A stretch of DNA of 63,755 nucleotides, the filler included, from Octopus bimaculoides (taxonomy: Eukaryota): the NCBI RefSeq assembly GCF_001194135.2. It is 5 parts of 4 records of this genome, joined end to end, with 100 filler letters (N's around TTAATTAATTAA, not from the genome) between each part and the next. Parts side by side here need not be neighbours in the genome. Positions count along the whole stretch, not along the records: positions 1 to 23,978 come from NC_068988.1; positions 24,079 to 36,342 come from NC_069005.1; 3 more parts are not named here. One strand, given 5' to 3'. This document shows, piece by piece, positions 11,739-25,504 of this stretch (position 1 is its first letter; each line of letters opens with the position of its first letter). The notes beneath the pieces were generated by a model. The model saw only the letters and a list, made by a program, of their open reading frames with translations, did no database searches and was not told where the DNA came from. Position numbers and translations under genes: made by a program.

Positions 11739-12134
11739 AGGCGCAGGAGTGGCTGTGTGGTAAGTAGCTTACTTACCAACCACATGGTTCCGGGTTCATT
11801 CCCACTGCCTGGCACCTTGGGCAACTGTCTTCTACTATAGCCTCGGGCTGACCAAAGCTTTGTGAGTGGATTTGGTAGACGGAAACTGAAAGAAGCCCGT
11901 CGTATATATGTATATATATATTTGTATGTGTGTTTGTGTGTCTGTGTTTGTCTTCCCACCATCACTTGACAACCGATGCTGGTGTGTTTACGTTCCTGTA
12001 ACCTAGCGGTTCAGCAAAAGAGAACAATAGAATAAGTACTAGGCTTACAAAGAATAAGTCCAGGGGTCGATTTGCTCGAGTAAAGGCAGTGCTCCAGCAT
12101 GGTCGCAGTCAAATGACTGAAACAAGTAAAAGAG
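11739..12134 (+). mobile_element. SINE family A, full length
   Basis: Near-consensus head, linker and tail. Confidence 0.9.
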
Positions 12135-12780
12135 TTCTGTGGTACATACTTCTTGTTTTAAAGTTCCTGTCAATTTACTTTCTAAATGCCAGCTTAATAA
12201 CAACAAAGTGCTTTTACCTAATTCTTCCTTACTTTCAAAATTAATTAAAACAAAGGAAGTGTATTTCAATGAAGTAACAAAAGGATTGGCATAGTACCTC
12301 TTCAGTATTCTCAAATCCTTTCTGGTTCCTAAAAACGTTACACAGCCATTTTCCTCCTAGTTTCCTGAAGCGTTTATTGCTCGCCTGTAAGCCTTACTCA
12401 TGCTGGATCTCCTCTCCGATAATGAGGACAATCTGGTTTAATATTGATCTGGAGTAATTAAGTTACTCCTCCTAAACTCACTCCCTACACCTTTCTCTCT
12501 CTTCCTCTTCTCATCCCTTTTGGCTTTCAAGTCTCAGAAGACTTTATTCTCCATAATTAGCTAAACCATTCATTCTTAGAACGTTGTTTTGGAATTCCTT
12601 TCATGTCCTGTGTCTTCTTTCCAATTACAAATCTCTAAAAATCAAAACAGAATAACAACTGGACTATTCTTCAACCTGATCCACCGATTCCTGGCTTTAA
12701 AGTTTATAAAAAACAAAAACAAAAAAAGAAGGGGATTAATTCCTCTTCTCTAACACACTCACTGTCTGCCAAACTGTCCA

Positions 12781-12814
<34 letters not shown>

Positions 12815-13246
12815 CATCTGTCTGTTTCTCTGTTTCCCTCTCTGTTTCCCTCTCTGTGCCCTTTTTTTCTGTCCTTTTTTGCTCCTTCCCCTTCTCTCAC
12901 TGTGTCCTCGTCCCATCTCTGCCCCCCTCTTCACTATCTGCTCTCTTTCCTTTCTTTCTGTCTATCTATCTGTCCCTCCCTCTCTCTCCTCTCCTTTATT
13001 CCTTTCTCTCTCTTTCCCTTTCTCTTTCTCTCCCATTCTTCTCCCTTCCTTGCTCTCTCTCTCACATGCACACACACGTGCACGCACACACACGTGCACG
13101 CACACACACACACACACACACACATACATGCATGCACATTAAACAGACAGGAATTGGTTCTTCTGAAAGACACTTTAAGTTTAGTATTTAGTACCCCTCA
13201 TCTCTTCCTATCCCACTTCTCTTCTGCCAAATATCCCTTAGTCAAC

Positions 13247-13294
<48 letters not shown>

Positions 13295-13537
13295 TGCAGT
13301 ATTCCCCTTTATGCCATTCTTCAACTATATTTAGAAAAACTCCATTTGCTTCATTGACAAAACCTTTCACGTTTAATATTTTAGTCTACAAGAATTTACT
13401 CCATTTTGGAACTTCTTGGAATCTACCTCAGCAGTGCTGTAATATTTTACTGCGTTCAGCTTCCAACATTTATTCTCGTGTGCTTTATACCCAGAATCAA
13501 AAGCCATCTTTGAATGGAACTTTTTATTTCTCTATTT

Positions 13538-14049
13538 TAGGGGTTCTCAACCATTCTTTATCTATGGACCCCTTTGATTTCTATTTTATTCCGATGAACC
13601 CCCAATAGCCATTCAATGTTTAAAAACTAGTTTTATAGAAACTTCTTTGAAAATTCCTATTCTGTTTTTCGCCCATTAACTTGTCTAAGTTGAACTATGG
13701 AAAATGTTAGAGAAAGAAACTCAACTGGTTCTTGCAATACATACATCTAAAACAGGGGTTCTCAACCATTTTTTATCTATAGACCCCTTTGATTACTATT
13801 TTATTCTGGTGCCCCTCCCCCACCATAGCCATTCAATGTTTAAGACCTTCTTTTATAGAAACTTCTTTCGAAATTCCTATTTTGTTTTTCACACATTAAC
13901 TTGTCTAAGGTTTCTGGCAACACATACCAATACATACATGTAAAGTAACATTTTTTCAGGAGCCCTTAAAATACTGTTGTAGATCCCCAATTTACTATTT
14001 TCTTGCATGGACCCTCAGGAGCCATATGAATCTTGATTGAGAACCAGTA
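13538..14049 (+). mobile_element. hAT-like MITE: truncated copy (13538-13702) plus complete copy (13753-14049)
   Basis: Left ends AGGGGTTCTCAACCAT; right end GATTGAGAACCAGTA; about 160 bp duplicated. Confidence 0.65.
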
Positions 14050-14148
14050 TTTAATTATCTCACTGCCATCTTAGGCTGACCAAAAACATTGTAAATAGAT
14101 TTGGTAGACAGAAACTGTACAGAAGTGTGTGTGTATGTTTGTGTTTGT

Positions 14149-14380
14149 TATTTCTTTATTGCCCACAAGGGGCTAAACATAGGGGGGACAAACAAAGACA
14201 GACAAAGGGATTAAGTTGATTACATCGACCCCAGTGCGTAACTGGTACTTAATTTATTGACCTCGAAAGGATGAAAGGCAAAGTTGACCTTGGCGGAATT
14301 TGAACTCAGAACATAACGGCAGATGAAATACCGCTAAGCATTTCGTCCGGTGTGCTAACATTTCTGCCAGCTCGCCACCT
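14149..14380 (-). mobile_element. SINE family B, near-intact
   Basis: Reverse complement of GGTGGCGAGCTGGCAGAA...GAGTTCAAATTCCGCC..GCCTTTCATCCTTTCGAGGTCAATAAATTAAGTACCAG. Confidence 0.85.
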
Positions 14381-15164
14381 GTATGTTTGTGTTTGTGTAT
14401 ACATGTGTGTGTATGTGTGCATACCTGTATGAATGCTTACATTCTGCATCTTTCACATTGTGCTACAAACGTGACATCTGTTATTTCCTGCCAACAAAAC
14501 ACCTGCTCCTTCTGCGCAAAGAATCTCAGTTTGCAACCATGTGGTCTTGGGTTCAGCCCCAATGTGTGACACCTTGGGCAAATGTCTTCTGCTGTAGCCT
14601 CAGGCCAACCAATGCCCTGTGATTGAATTTAGTAGATGGAAACTATGTGGAAGCCCATCATAGATTCACATGCACACCACTTGATAAGTAGTATTGTTTG
14701 TTTTATGTCCACATTACCTAGCAGTTCGGCAAAAAAGTGCCTATAAAATAACAGGCTTAATGATAAATACTGGAGTCGATTTGAAACCAGTGCCCCAGCA
14801 TGGCCACAGTTCAATGGCCAAAAACACATAGAAAAAAAATTATAAAGATCTTGTAGCTTTATCTGATATTTCCGTTCCACTCTTCACACACGGATTCCTC
14901 ATTGATCGAAGTCAGGAAATAAACAAATGGGAAAAACTTAGCAGAACTGTTAGAATTATTGGTGCTGCCAATGCTTGGAGAGAATTGATTAAATAAAACC
15001 AATATAAGTATATAAGCATAGGCATGGCCATGTGGTTAAGAAGCTTGTTTTCCAACCAGTTTCTGTCCCACTGTGTGGCACCTTAAGCATGTGTTCCTAC
15101 AATAGCCCTTAGTTGACCAGAGCCTTGGAAGTGAATTTAGTATATGGAAACTGAAAGAAGCCTC

Positions 15165-15195
<31 letters not shown>

Positions 15196-15874
15196 CTATT
15201 ATTTTTTACTTGGGGCACTTCCTTTTAGTCAAATGAATCATATATATTATTAATATATATATTATCATCATTGTTTAACGTCCATCTTCCGTGCATGCAT
15301 GGATATAATGGTTGACTGGAGCTGGCCATGTAGAAAAAAACTACTCTAGGCTACTGTGTCTGTTTTGGCAGACATTTTACGGCTGGATGCCCTTCCTAAC
15401 ACCAGATTCACTCACAAGGCTTTGGTCAGTTGGTCCAAAGCTATTGCAGAAGAAACTTGCCCAAGGTTCCACACACTTGCCCCACGTTCAGTGGGATTGA
15501 ACCTGGAACAATGTGGTATACGGGAGGGTAATGGTCTTATTTAGCCTAACGAATGAGAAGAATTCTCTGTGGATACTAGCAAAACCTGTGCAGTACAAAT
15601 AATCTAAAACAATCCGGAAGTTTGTTCCCTGTGTTTATATTATTAAATGGATTAATTAGTCATTTATCTGTCAGCAATTAGTGGTGCAAAGCTGTGGAAA
15701 ATCCATGAGTGATAAATGTTTAGTCTTGTGGTTAATGACTTGGAGTAAAGTGTATTTCAAGAGATTAATTGAATTTAATATGTTTCTCTGTTCCTCCGTA
15801 TCATCATCAGTTTATAAATAATAAAATGTGCATAGAATCATATATATAAATATGTGTGTGTGTGTGCATTAATA

Positions 15875-15911
<37 letters not shown>

Positions 15912-16399
15912 GATGACTGGCACCCATGCCAACGTCGTCTCCTTCATTGGACACTAAACTTGCCTCAACAAGGCAGCTGGATTCCCTTTAGCATCTACTG
16001 TATTTGATGGCCTATAAGACGCACCTTTTTTTTACCCAAAAGTGGCTTAAAAAATCCCCCTGCATCCAGTGCACTCAATATAGACTCAAAACTCTCTCAA
16101 AACGGTATGTATGTTTACAAAACATGTACTGCCATCTATTGGTGAATAATTGCCTACGGTATGTTCATATCAAATGTGGATGCAATAAATTGCTTATAAT
16201 TACCAGTAATAACATAAAGTTATACAGGTAAATTGAGGAATTAAAACATTATTTTAGTGGTAATTTATTTTACAAAAGTATAGCCTAGGCTAGGGTGTGT
16301 CCTATGCACTTGTGTGTCTTATAGGCCATCAAATATGGTACTTTCCCATGTAAGCATGGAAAAGCAAATTTTAAAGCAATATGTGCAAGTGTACACTTG

Positions 16400-16611
16400 C
16401 CATGTAAAAAGCACCTGTGCTGGTGTCACGTAAAGTGCACCCAGTGCACTCTGTAAAACGCACCCAGTACACTTTGCAAAGTGGTTGGCATTAGGAAGGG
16501 CATCCAGTCATAGAAACCTTGCCAAAACAATAGAACCTGATGCGACCTCTGGCCTTACCATCCAACCCATGCCAGCATGGAAAACGGAAATTAGATGACG
16601 ACGATGATGAT
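16400..16611 (+). mobile_element. RTE 3' tail fragment
   Basis: GTGGTTGGCATTAGGAAGGGCATCCAG...GCCAGCATGGAAAACGG..(GAT/GAC)n. Confidence 0.75.
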
Positions 16612-17249
16612 ATTCTCACAGATGGCATATTCTTGTAATCTGTGTCTACCTTCAGCTATATGGTTAACACTAACGTGGCATTTAACCTATAGATTTGCAG
16701 GTAAACAAAGGAACTCATAGTTGTGTATATTGATTCTTCTTCACCTGTGAAACATGTAATTGATTGTTGAATCATTGAATGTAAAGTATTTGTGTGTCAA
16801 CAGTTTGTGCTATATCTTCTGAAGTATTCTGCATGACTTTTAACAGTGTTGTTAAATATTATTATTGATAAATATCTTCCAAAATAGGTTATTGTATATG
16901 GCAATGTACCTTGATCCCTAGGAGGTCTTTATCTGAATTTAAAACACTGAACTGGTTGACTTACTGGTTGATAGTTGTTTAGAACAAAAGTCGACAAACT
17001 TCTTAAATGATCAACCTCTTCATGAAACCATTCTCAGCTTGTCAACTCTCCCCACCCCAATCATAATGTAGATTTCTGAAATTAAATTAAGAAGTATAAT
17101 TATTAATTAAAACAAAATTTTCTTGATTTAAAAACAATAACTCCCTTGTTCTCTTGTGTCATTACCATTTTTTTTATAAGAAATTTAGTGAAAATATTTT
17201 TTTAAAAAATTGATAAAAAAAAACAATAAAAATTCAGTCATATTATCTT

Positions 17250-17611
17250 TTACTACTTTCTGTTATTAGACTGTGGCCATGCTGGGGCACTGCCTTGAAC
17301 AATTTTTAGCCAAACGAATTGACCCCAGTAATTGTTCTTTTAAGCCAGGTACTTATTCTATTTGCTCCTTTTGCCAAACCGCTAAGTTACAGGGACATAA
17401 ATACACCACACTAGTTGTCAGGCGGTGGTGGGGACAAACATAGACACGATGGGCTTCTTTCAGTTTCCATCTATCAAATCCACTTAAAAGGTTTTGGTTG
17501 GTCTGAGGCTATAGCAGAAGACTCTTTCCCAAGGTGCCACACAGCGGAACTGAACTCAGAACCACGTGGTTGGGAAGCAAGCTTCTTACCATACAGCCGC
17601 ACCCACACCTG
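17250..17611 (-). mobile_element. SINE family A
   Basis: Reverse-complement match to family A. Confidence 0.8.
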
Positions 17612-17664
17612 CGACTTCATAATTGTTAACTAGACACATACATATATGTGTGTGTATGTGTGTA

Positions 17665-17699
<35 letters not shown>

Positions 17700-19029
17700 A
17701 TTGTTCTCATTTATCTATGTAATATTGTTTAATCTTCTGCCTAACAACTGTCAGTTATAAGTGAACTGTTCCCATTTCTGTGGACTGTGTGACATTGTTA
17801 TTGAGGGCAAATATTTTCTTTGCAACACCTAAAACTTATTGTAGTTGACCTCATTTTTACTGCAGCGCTTTAAACTATTGTTATTTAACCCCAGGTTGGC
17901 CTTGAGATCGAGCTACTCCAACTATGGCCATTTTGTCTTTTTCCTTGGCTTAATGCACTCACAGAACTATTACATTATCAAATTTGCTCATCTTTTGTAA
18001 AACAGCAAGGTGTTATTTGAGGGAGATTTGACTGTTATTTCTAGAAGATCAAGTAACCACCTAAAGGTTTCCTTGTTGATTTATGGCATATTAAGTTTAT
18101 TAGAGGAGTAAACAGCTTAACCCTGTCTTTTATAATAATTATTTTTGGAGGGTTTTATTCCAAATCTATTATGATTAAAAATTATTGCTGTTAGAACTCT
18201 TTTCCATTTTTCATTATGACAAACTACAATGGAAGCAGCGTATTATAACATTATTCTAAGATTAAAGATTTAATTACTTTGTCAAACATTTGTCTTATCA
18301 TTGCTGTTGTTTCTTGCCTGTAATGTTTATGAAGGACCAAAGTATTCAGACCAAGTTTCTCTTCCAATTAAAACCTTATTAGATGACTTCAAACACTGCA
18401 TTTTTGAAGAGCAGCAGGAAAAAAAAAAAAAAATTATGTAAAAACTGCCAAAACTCATTCTAGTGAATAGCAGACCATAGCAGCAGCACCACAACTACTA
18501 CTACTACTACCACTACTACTACAAATTTAACAAACTTTAAAAATTAAAAGGACAAAAACAAAGAAGTAAAAAAAAAACAATGGTATTTGATGAGGTAAAC
18601 ATTCTGCTGTTGTTTTTAATCTTTGTTGTTGTTATTGTTGTCTTTTATTTAAAATTTGAAAAGTTTGTTGAAGTGAATTAAATGAATTGAGAAGAAAACC
18701 AAAAATAAAAGAATATGGAAGTTTGAAGATGAGAAAGAAAATCTAAAAAGAAAAAGAAAGGAAATTATTGGAGCATGAAGAAGTGGAATGGAAATAATCA
18801 GAGTTCAACTAAGATTTGTTCTTCAATGAGCGCTATGTTTTCGGATTATAAAATTTATAGGCATTTCTTTATTCCAAAGACTCCACCTTCAAGTGTTTTC
18901 ATGACTAAGGATTATTATTTTCCTCCCTTTAATGTTCCATTATAAAGAATGGTCTTTTTTTCCCCTTTGTTTCCATTACCATTATTGAATTTTTACCTTT
19001 AGAATATGAGTCTTTGTAACCCTCTCTCT

Positions 19030-19430
19030 CTTTACCTGTTTCAGCCATTTGGCTGTGGCCATGCTGGATCACCACCTTTAGTCGAGCAAATCGACCCCAG
19101 CACTTATTCTTTGTAAGCCTAGTACTTATTCTATCGGTCTCTTTTGCCGAACCGCTAAGTTACGGGGACATAAACACACCAGCATCGGTTGTCAAGTGAT
19201 GTTGGGGGGACAAACACAGACACACACACATATACACACACATACATATATACATATACATATATACGATGGGCTTCTTTCAATTTCCGTCTACCAAATC
19301 CACTCACAAGGCTTTGGTCGGCCCGAAGCTATAGTAGCAGACAGTTGCCCAAGGTTCCATGTAGTGGGACTGAACCCGGAACCATGTGGTTTGTAAGTAA
19401 GCTACTTACCACACAGCCACTCCTATGCCT
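19030..19430 (-). mobile_element. SINE family A, full length
   Basis: Reverse-complement match to family A. Confidence 0.9.
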
Positions 19431-21042
19431 GATAATTTTCTGTGAAAACAAAAAAAGGCAAAATTTGATGGCACCAAAAAAAAAAAAAAAAATTTAGTTT
19501 TTTCCTTATATTTGTTGGGAGATATTACATAGTCATCTCTATCATTTAACGTCCACTTTTCCATGCTTGCATGGGCCAGATGGAATTTGTTGAGTCCAAT
19601 TTATCTATGGTTGGTTGCTCTTCCTGTTGCCAATCGTTATCTGTTTCCCAGATAAGGTAATATTTCTCTATGGCCAGACATAATTTTTCACAGAAAATTG
19701 GAAATGAACAACATGCTCACTTACAACCATCACTAGGGTATATAGAAGCACGCATGTGCACACTCACCCGTGAAACAGCTGTAAACAAATGGAATAAATA
19801 TCTACTTTCTCACCTTACGTCTCTTATCTGTTATGTATGTGTGTGTATGACAGGCTTCTTTCAGTTTCCCTCTCCCAAATTCATTCACAAGGCTTTGGTC
19901 AACCCAATGCTATAGTAGAAGACACTTTCCCAAAGTGTCACACAGTGGAACTGAACCTAAAACTATGTCACTAGCAAGCAAACTTCCTAACCATGCAGCC
20001 ATGCCTGCATCTAATTCTTTTACGGAATGTAAATGAATTCATTTCACATTTTAGAATACAAGTGTGAATTTATGAGCTTTAGGTCAATATTGTTATACAT
20101 TAGCTCATCTCATCTAGTGTGTGTGTGTGTGTGTGTGAGCAAAACCAAATCTCTGTTACATTTCAAGTGTTGCTATCAATTATTCTATTAGATTGTTGTC
20201 TGTGTGCCGAGCGAAACAAGCACTTATCTTACAGACCCATTAGTTACAACAGACTTTTAACAAAATAACTCAGCAGTTTCTCTGGATGCTTCAGTGATTC
20301 ACCGAAATTGATCAACACTGATGTTTAATCCAATTTTTATTTAATCCATTTTTAGAAAAACCTAACAAGAGCAGAAGGCTTTATTATTTTTGCAACATCT
20401 TTTTTTTTTTTAACCATTTCTTTCCCCCAACCATGAAGATTATCAGCCATTTTTATTTTTCTCTTCATCTTCATCATTGATTTTCAACTACTTTCACCAA
20501 ATAGCATGGTTTATATATATATTTTTTTAAAAATTATTCTTGGATACAATTTGTCTATAAGCAATATAGCAGTGTTTTTGTTGTTTGACTTTTTTTTATA
20601 ATGTAACTTGTATTTCGTTAGTATTGATTTTGCAATTTAGTGGTGTGTATGTGGGGGATGGGGTACGAAGTGGCAAGAGGGCTATAGTTTACTGGTAAAC
20701 TTTTACTGATGCATACACCGTTTCTTTATATGATGCGGAAACAGCCTTATATAAATGTGATTATATCTTTGGATGTGTGATTAATCTCTAAATCTTTTTT
20801 TTTTTTATCATTTTAGATATTTTTTTCTGTTTTTCTTCTTTTTGCAATTTTCTGTTTACAAATTGGTTTTGGATGATCTAATAAATATTTCGATTATTTG
20901 GTATCATTGCAAAGATCAGTTTAATGATTCAAAATTGGCTATTGCAATTCTTTATTCGAGTATTGGCATTTAGAGATATATCTTTACTTCATTTAAGGCT
21001 CCATGGTTGTTGTAAATCAACAGATGATATTTATCAATTTAA

Positions 21043-22320
21043 CCTTTTCATTGCCATATTTCTGTTCAAATATATTGCCTTTGTTTCAATTAATTTTGAA
21101 AATAATGAAGATTTTAATTAAATAATTTTGTCATTATCAGTCTAGGCTTGAAAGAAATGAATCTAGCATGATCCACTGGATGTGTAATGTCAGTGTGCAC
21201 ACACAACAGAGTGAAAGCACCCTGAGCGAAATGTTGGATGTGACATGCAAGAGAGACGTTTATGTTGGTATGGTCATGTACTATGGATGGAGGAGGAGAT
21301 CTGTGTGAAGAAGTGCCACTCCCAAACAGTTGAAGGAATCCGGGGTAGAGGGAGACCCAGGAAGACATGGGATGAGGTGGTGAAACATGACCTTCAAACG
21401 TTGGGCCTCACAGAAGCAATGACAGAAGACCGAGACCTCTGGAGATATGTTGTGACTGCGAAGACCCGGCAAATAAAGTGAGTTCACAGCTGTATCCTAC
21501 ACCAGTTTCGCATAACCAGCCCCAGCCCATTCAAGAGTACCTTGGATTGTAGGGTGACATGCTGTGCTTGAGGAGACCTATTGAGTCAAGTGCATCAACA
21601 TCAAAATGAAGATCAAATGGAAATTGTAGTTGTGATACCCGTGCTGGTGGCATGGGAAAAGTACCATCCGAACGTGGCTAATGCCAGTGCCGCCTTGACT
21701 GGTTTCCATGCCAGTGGCACGTAAAAAGCACCTACTGATCGTGGCTGTTGCCACCCTCCTCTGGCCTTTGTGCCGATGGTGCCTAAAAAGCACCCACTAC
21801 ACTCACGAAGTAGTTGGCATTAGGAAGGGCATCCAGGTGTAGAAACATTGCCAGATCAGTTTGGGACCTAGTGCAGCCTCCTAGCTTCCCAGACCCCAGT
21901 CAAACCGTCCAACCCATGCTAACATGGAAAACAGACGTTAAACGAGGATGATGATGAAATTAACATGGAATTTTGATAGAAGCTTTCAATTTAGACCACT
22001 TTAAACCTTTTGCTACCATATTTCTGTTCAAGTTCATTGCTCTTGTTTCAATTAATTTTGGAAATAACGAAGAATTTGGTAAAATAATTTTGTCATTATT
22101 AAGCTGGTGTTTAGAACAGATTATCATGGAATTTTGATGGAAGGTTTTTAATTGAAATCACTTTAACTATTTTGAACCATCCAACCTCTGCCAACATGGG
22201 AAACAGATATTCAAGAATGATAATGACGATGATTTCTGTTTAATTTAAATCACTGCAAAACAGGAAATTTGTTTTCTGAAATCAAGAGCAGTCTCGGGTT
22301 AGTTGGTATGGAAAGCGTTA
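21043..22320 (+). mobile_element. piggyBac-type MITE family 1 copies interrupted by RTE insertions
   Basis: TTAA|CCTTTT start; MITE sequence resumes at about 21958 after the RTE (GAT)n tail; second copy from about 22001 ends GGAAAGCG|TTAA. Confidence 0.65.
21144..21957 (+). mobile_element. 5'-truncated RTE-clade LINE with RT C-terminal remnant and 3' UTR
   Basis: RLERNESSMIHWMCNVSVH...QERRLCWYGHVLWMEEE...VEGIRGRGRPRKTWDEVVKHDLQTLGLTEAMTEDRDLWR is a typical RTE C-terminus; (GAT)n tail. Confidence 0.9.
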
Positions 22321-22435
22321 AATCTAAAATTAAGAAAAACCAAAGTCCATTGGAGTTGATTTAGAAGCAGTAGATCTTCAAAAAGGACTTCAATAACCTG
22401 TGAACATTTTTCTTGTGCTGTCATTTTTCTTTATT

Positions 22436-22835
22436 CTCTTTTACTCTTTTACTTGTTTCAGTCATTTGACTGTGGCCATGGTGGAGCACTGCCTTTTAGT
22501 CAAGCAAATCGACCCTAGGACTTATTCTTTGTAAGCCTAGTACTTATCCTATCGGTCTCTTTTGCCGAACCGCTAAGTTACGGGGACGTAAACACACCAC
22601 CATCGGTTGTCAAGCGATGTTGGGGGGACAAACACAGACACTCACACATATAAATATATATACATATATACGATGGGCTTCTTTCAGTTTCTGTCTACCA
22701 AATCCACTCACAAGGCTTTGGTCGGCCCGAGGCTATAGTAGAAGACAGTTGCCCAAGATGCCACGCAGTGGGACTGAACCCGGAACCATGTAGTTCGTAA
22801 GCGAGCTACTTACCACACAGCCACTCCTACGCCTA
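22436..22835 (-). mobile_element. SINE family A, full length
   Basis: Reverse-complement match to family A. Confidence 0.9.
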
Positions 22836-23349
22836 TAGTAAAAAAAAAAAACTCTTGTCTAATGTGCCACATAGTGTGACTGAACCTGAAACCACATGGT
22901 TGGGAAGAAAGTATCTTAAACCACACAACCATGCCTTACATTGTTGATTTATGAAATGTTCATGCCATTAGGTAAATAAATAGCTTTGCAAGAAATACGA
23001 TGAAGAGAGCGTCAAAGAAGAAATTCCAGCTCATTTATTTTGTTTCTGTTTTTTTTGTTAATTACTTCTGAATGTTTGTCAAATAACTATCAAGTGTAAT
23101 CAATAATATCTAATCAGATAATTACTGCATCAAAGATCAATCACAACTAAAAAAGATGTTAACCGATATATTTCTCGTTACACTTCACCTGCAGGTGTCA
23201 CTAATGTATAAATTCTTCAGTTGAAATCTTGTGCATCAAAGCTTAGTGAATCCTCTCTTCTGAAGAATATGAAACACATCAATGGTTCTCAACCAGTTTT
23301 CACCTATGGAACCCCTTAATTTCTATTTTATTCGGGTGGACTACCTTAA

Positions 23350-23545
23350 CCCTTTTCCTACCATATTTCTGTTGAGATGCTCTGTGTTTCTTTCAATTAC
23401 TTTAAATATAACAAAGAATTTAATAAAATAACTTAGTTATCATTCAGCTAATGTCAGGAACATAAATTGTGACTAAAGTTTGGTGGAAGATTTTAATTCA
23501 GAACTTTTGAGAGGCGGTTTCAGATGGGTTGGTATCAAAAGGACT
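23350..23545 (+). mobile_element. piggyBac-type MITE family 1
   Basis: TTAA|CCCTTTTCCTACCATATTTCTG...GGTTGGTATCAAAAGG. Confidence 0.65.
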
Positions 23546-23786
23546 AAACACACCTCTACATTTGGGTAGATAGACATCAGAAGCAGTTGGAAGGGTGTGG
23601 ATTGAAGGAATTTAGGCTATTATTTCTAGCATATAGAGTGACCACACTGAGGTCTCCATCTCTTGTCTTCTGCTGATTATTTTTCTTCTTAACCCTTTTG
23701 TTACCATATTTCTGTTGAAACATGAAACATATAAAAGTTGTTTCTTTATTTCTGTTCATTTTCTGTTTTGTTTATAATTTTTATTG

Positions 23787-23818
<32 letters not shown>

Positions 23819-23978
23819 CTATATATAAAACAGAGATGTGTGTGTAATCGCTTATCACGTGAAAACGGCTTCAACATTTACTTCCATACTTGTGATGCAT
23901 GAATAATTTGAGCTTGGATAAATCTTAGGCTCTTCACTTGATTTTTTTTATTAAGATAAATAATATTGCTTTATATTT

Positions 23979-24078
23979 NNNNNNNNNNNNNNNNNNNNNN
24001 NNNNNNNNNNNNNNNNNNNNNNTTAATTAATTAANNNNNNNNNNNNNNNNNNNNNNNNNNNNNNNNNNNNNNNNNNNN
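23979..24078. other. Artificial scaffold-join linker
   Basis: Exactly N44-TTAATTAATTAA-N44; palindromic core gives stops in all six frames; four identical copies in window. Confidence 0.95.
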
Positions 24079-24318
24079 CTGTAACTTAGCAGTTCAGCAA
24101 AGCGACAGATAGAATAAGTCCTGGGATTGAATTGTTCGACAAAAACCCTTCAAGGCAGTGCTCCAGCATGGCCACAGTCAAATGACTGAAACAAGTAAAA
24201 GAATATAAAATATGTCTGTGTGATCAACATTTAAAGCAAAGAAAAATATTTTCTTTCAAAATGTTTTTGTAACTCCTTAATATCAAAAATCCTTTTTTTT
24301 TTTTTTTTTGCCTTGTAG

Positions 24319-24469
24319 GGATTAAAAATAATTGATCTCCAGCAAAGTGACTTTATGCGCAATTTGGAAAAGGCAATTCAGTATGGTTTACCTGTTCTCT
24401 TACAAAATGTCCAAGAAACTCTGGACCCGTCTCTTGATCCTATCCTCTTTAAATCGGTCGTAAAAATTG
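24319..24469 (+). CDS. DNAH2: Dynein axonemal heavy chain 2, internal exon 1 of 12 in window (AAA5 region)
   Basis: Poly-T...TTGTAG acceptor, G|GTAAGT donor; 151 nt encoding GLKIIDLQQSDFMRNLEKAIQYGLPVLLQNVQETLDPSLDPILFKSVVKI(G), matching DNAH2 GLKIIDLQ..DY/F.R.LE.AI..G.PVLLQNVQE.LDP.L.P. Confidence 0.93.
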
Positions 24470-25015
24470 GTAAGTGACTTTGTACTCTGCAGCCTGAACC
24501 AAACCCAAACAATGTTGTTCTGGATATACAAAAAAAAAATTGGATGGTCGTGGCTGCAATGCTTTTTCTCATTAGTTTTCGCAATCAAGGCACTACTCCT
24601 TTTGTAATTGCATATTTTTAATGAAAAGAATTGAATTGAGCAGAAGAGAGAGAGAGAGAGAGAGGGGACATATGTCACAATGAATAAAAATATTTTAACT
24701 CAATTGAATAAAGTGATAGCAAATATGTTGTAATGAATATAGAAGAGCTTTGTGATTGAAGCATGGGCTTGAATCTTCAATATGAAAAGAAATTTTAAAA
24801 CCTCATTTTGATAAAAATATATTAATTTTCTACACATTTTAGACTTTAACAATTGCTTTCCTTTAGTAAAAGTTACATAATTCCAACTAATTAATAAGCA
24901 GCTTTCTCTATTATACTAGAATCAGCTGACCACCTATCTTGCTTTATCCAATGTTAATTAACTCCAGTATGCCAGCTACCCACTCATTTTCCTCTGTTGT
25001 TGTCTGTTCTTTTAG

Positions 25016-25165
25016 GTAATGTCCCTATGATAAAACTTGGTGATAAAGAAATTGAGTACAATCGCAATTTTCGGTTTTACATAACCACAAAACTCAGCAA
25101 CCCACACTACACCCCTGAAATATCAACCAAGACAACAATCGTTAATTTTGCTGTGAAAGAACAGG
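25016..25165 (+). CDS. DNAH2: DNAH2 exon 2 in window (AAA5)
   Basis: TTTTAG acceptor, G|GTAAGT donor; phase 1 to 1; (G)NVPMIKLGDKEIEYNRNFRFYITTKLSNPHYTPEISTKTTIVNFAVKEQ. Confidence 0.95.
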
Positions 25166-25504
25166 GTAAGTAAGCATGTGCATACACACACACACACTTA
25201 TCATCGTTCTATCTCACATACATTGTTGCCATTTGTATATAACTCCTTCCACCTCACCTTAAACATTTCATCATCTTTAGTAAGACCAACTTTTGGGCTA
25301 AAATACACTGATGAGAGGAAGGGTGACACCTTACATCTGGATGTAAATAAGAACCTGAAATACACTACTTGGGTTGGATTGGGTTGGGTTGGTTTTCTCT
25401 GTCGTTTACCAAATGACTGTGATGAGATTCCATGAAAGAACCTCATCACAGTCACACATCCTCTCAAGAATCTCCATCTTAAAAAGGAAGAATGCTTTGG
25501 GTCA

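Noticed and set aside
24023-24034. Recurrent TTAATTAATTAA palindrome as a biological motif or piggyBac target
   Set aside because: Always centred in exactly 44+44 Ns, so it is a synthetic linker.
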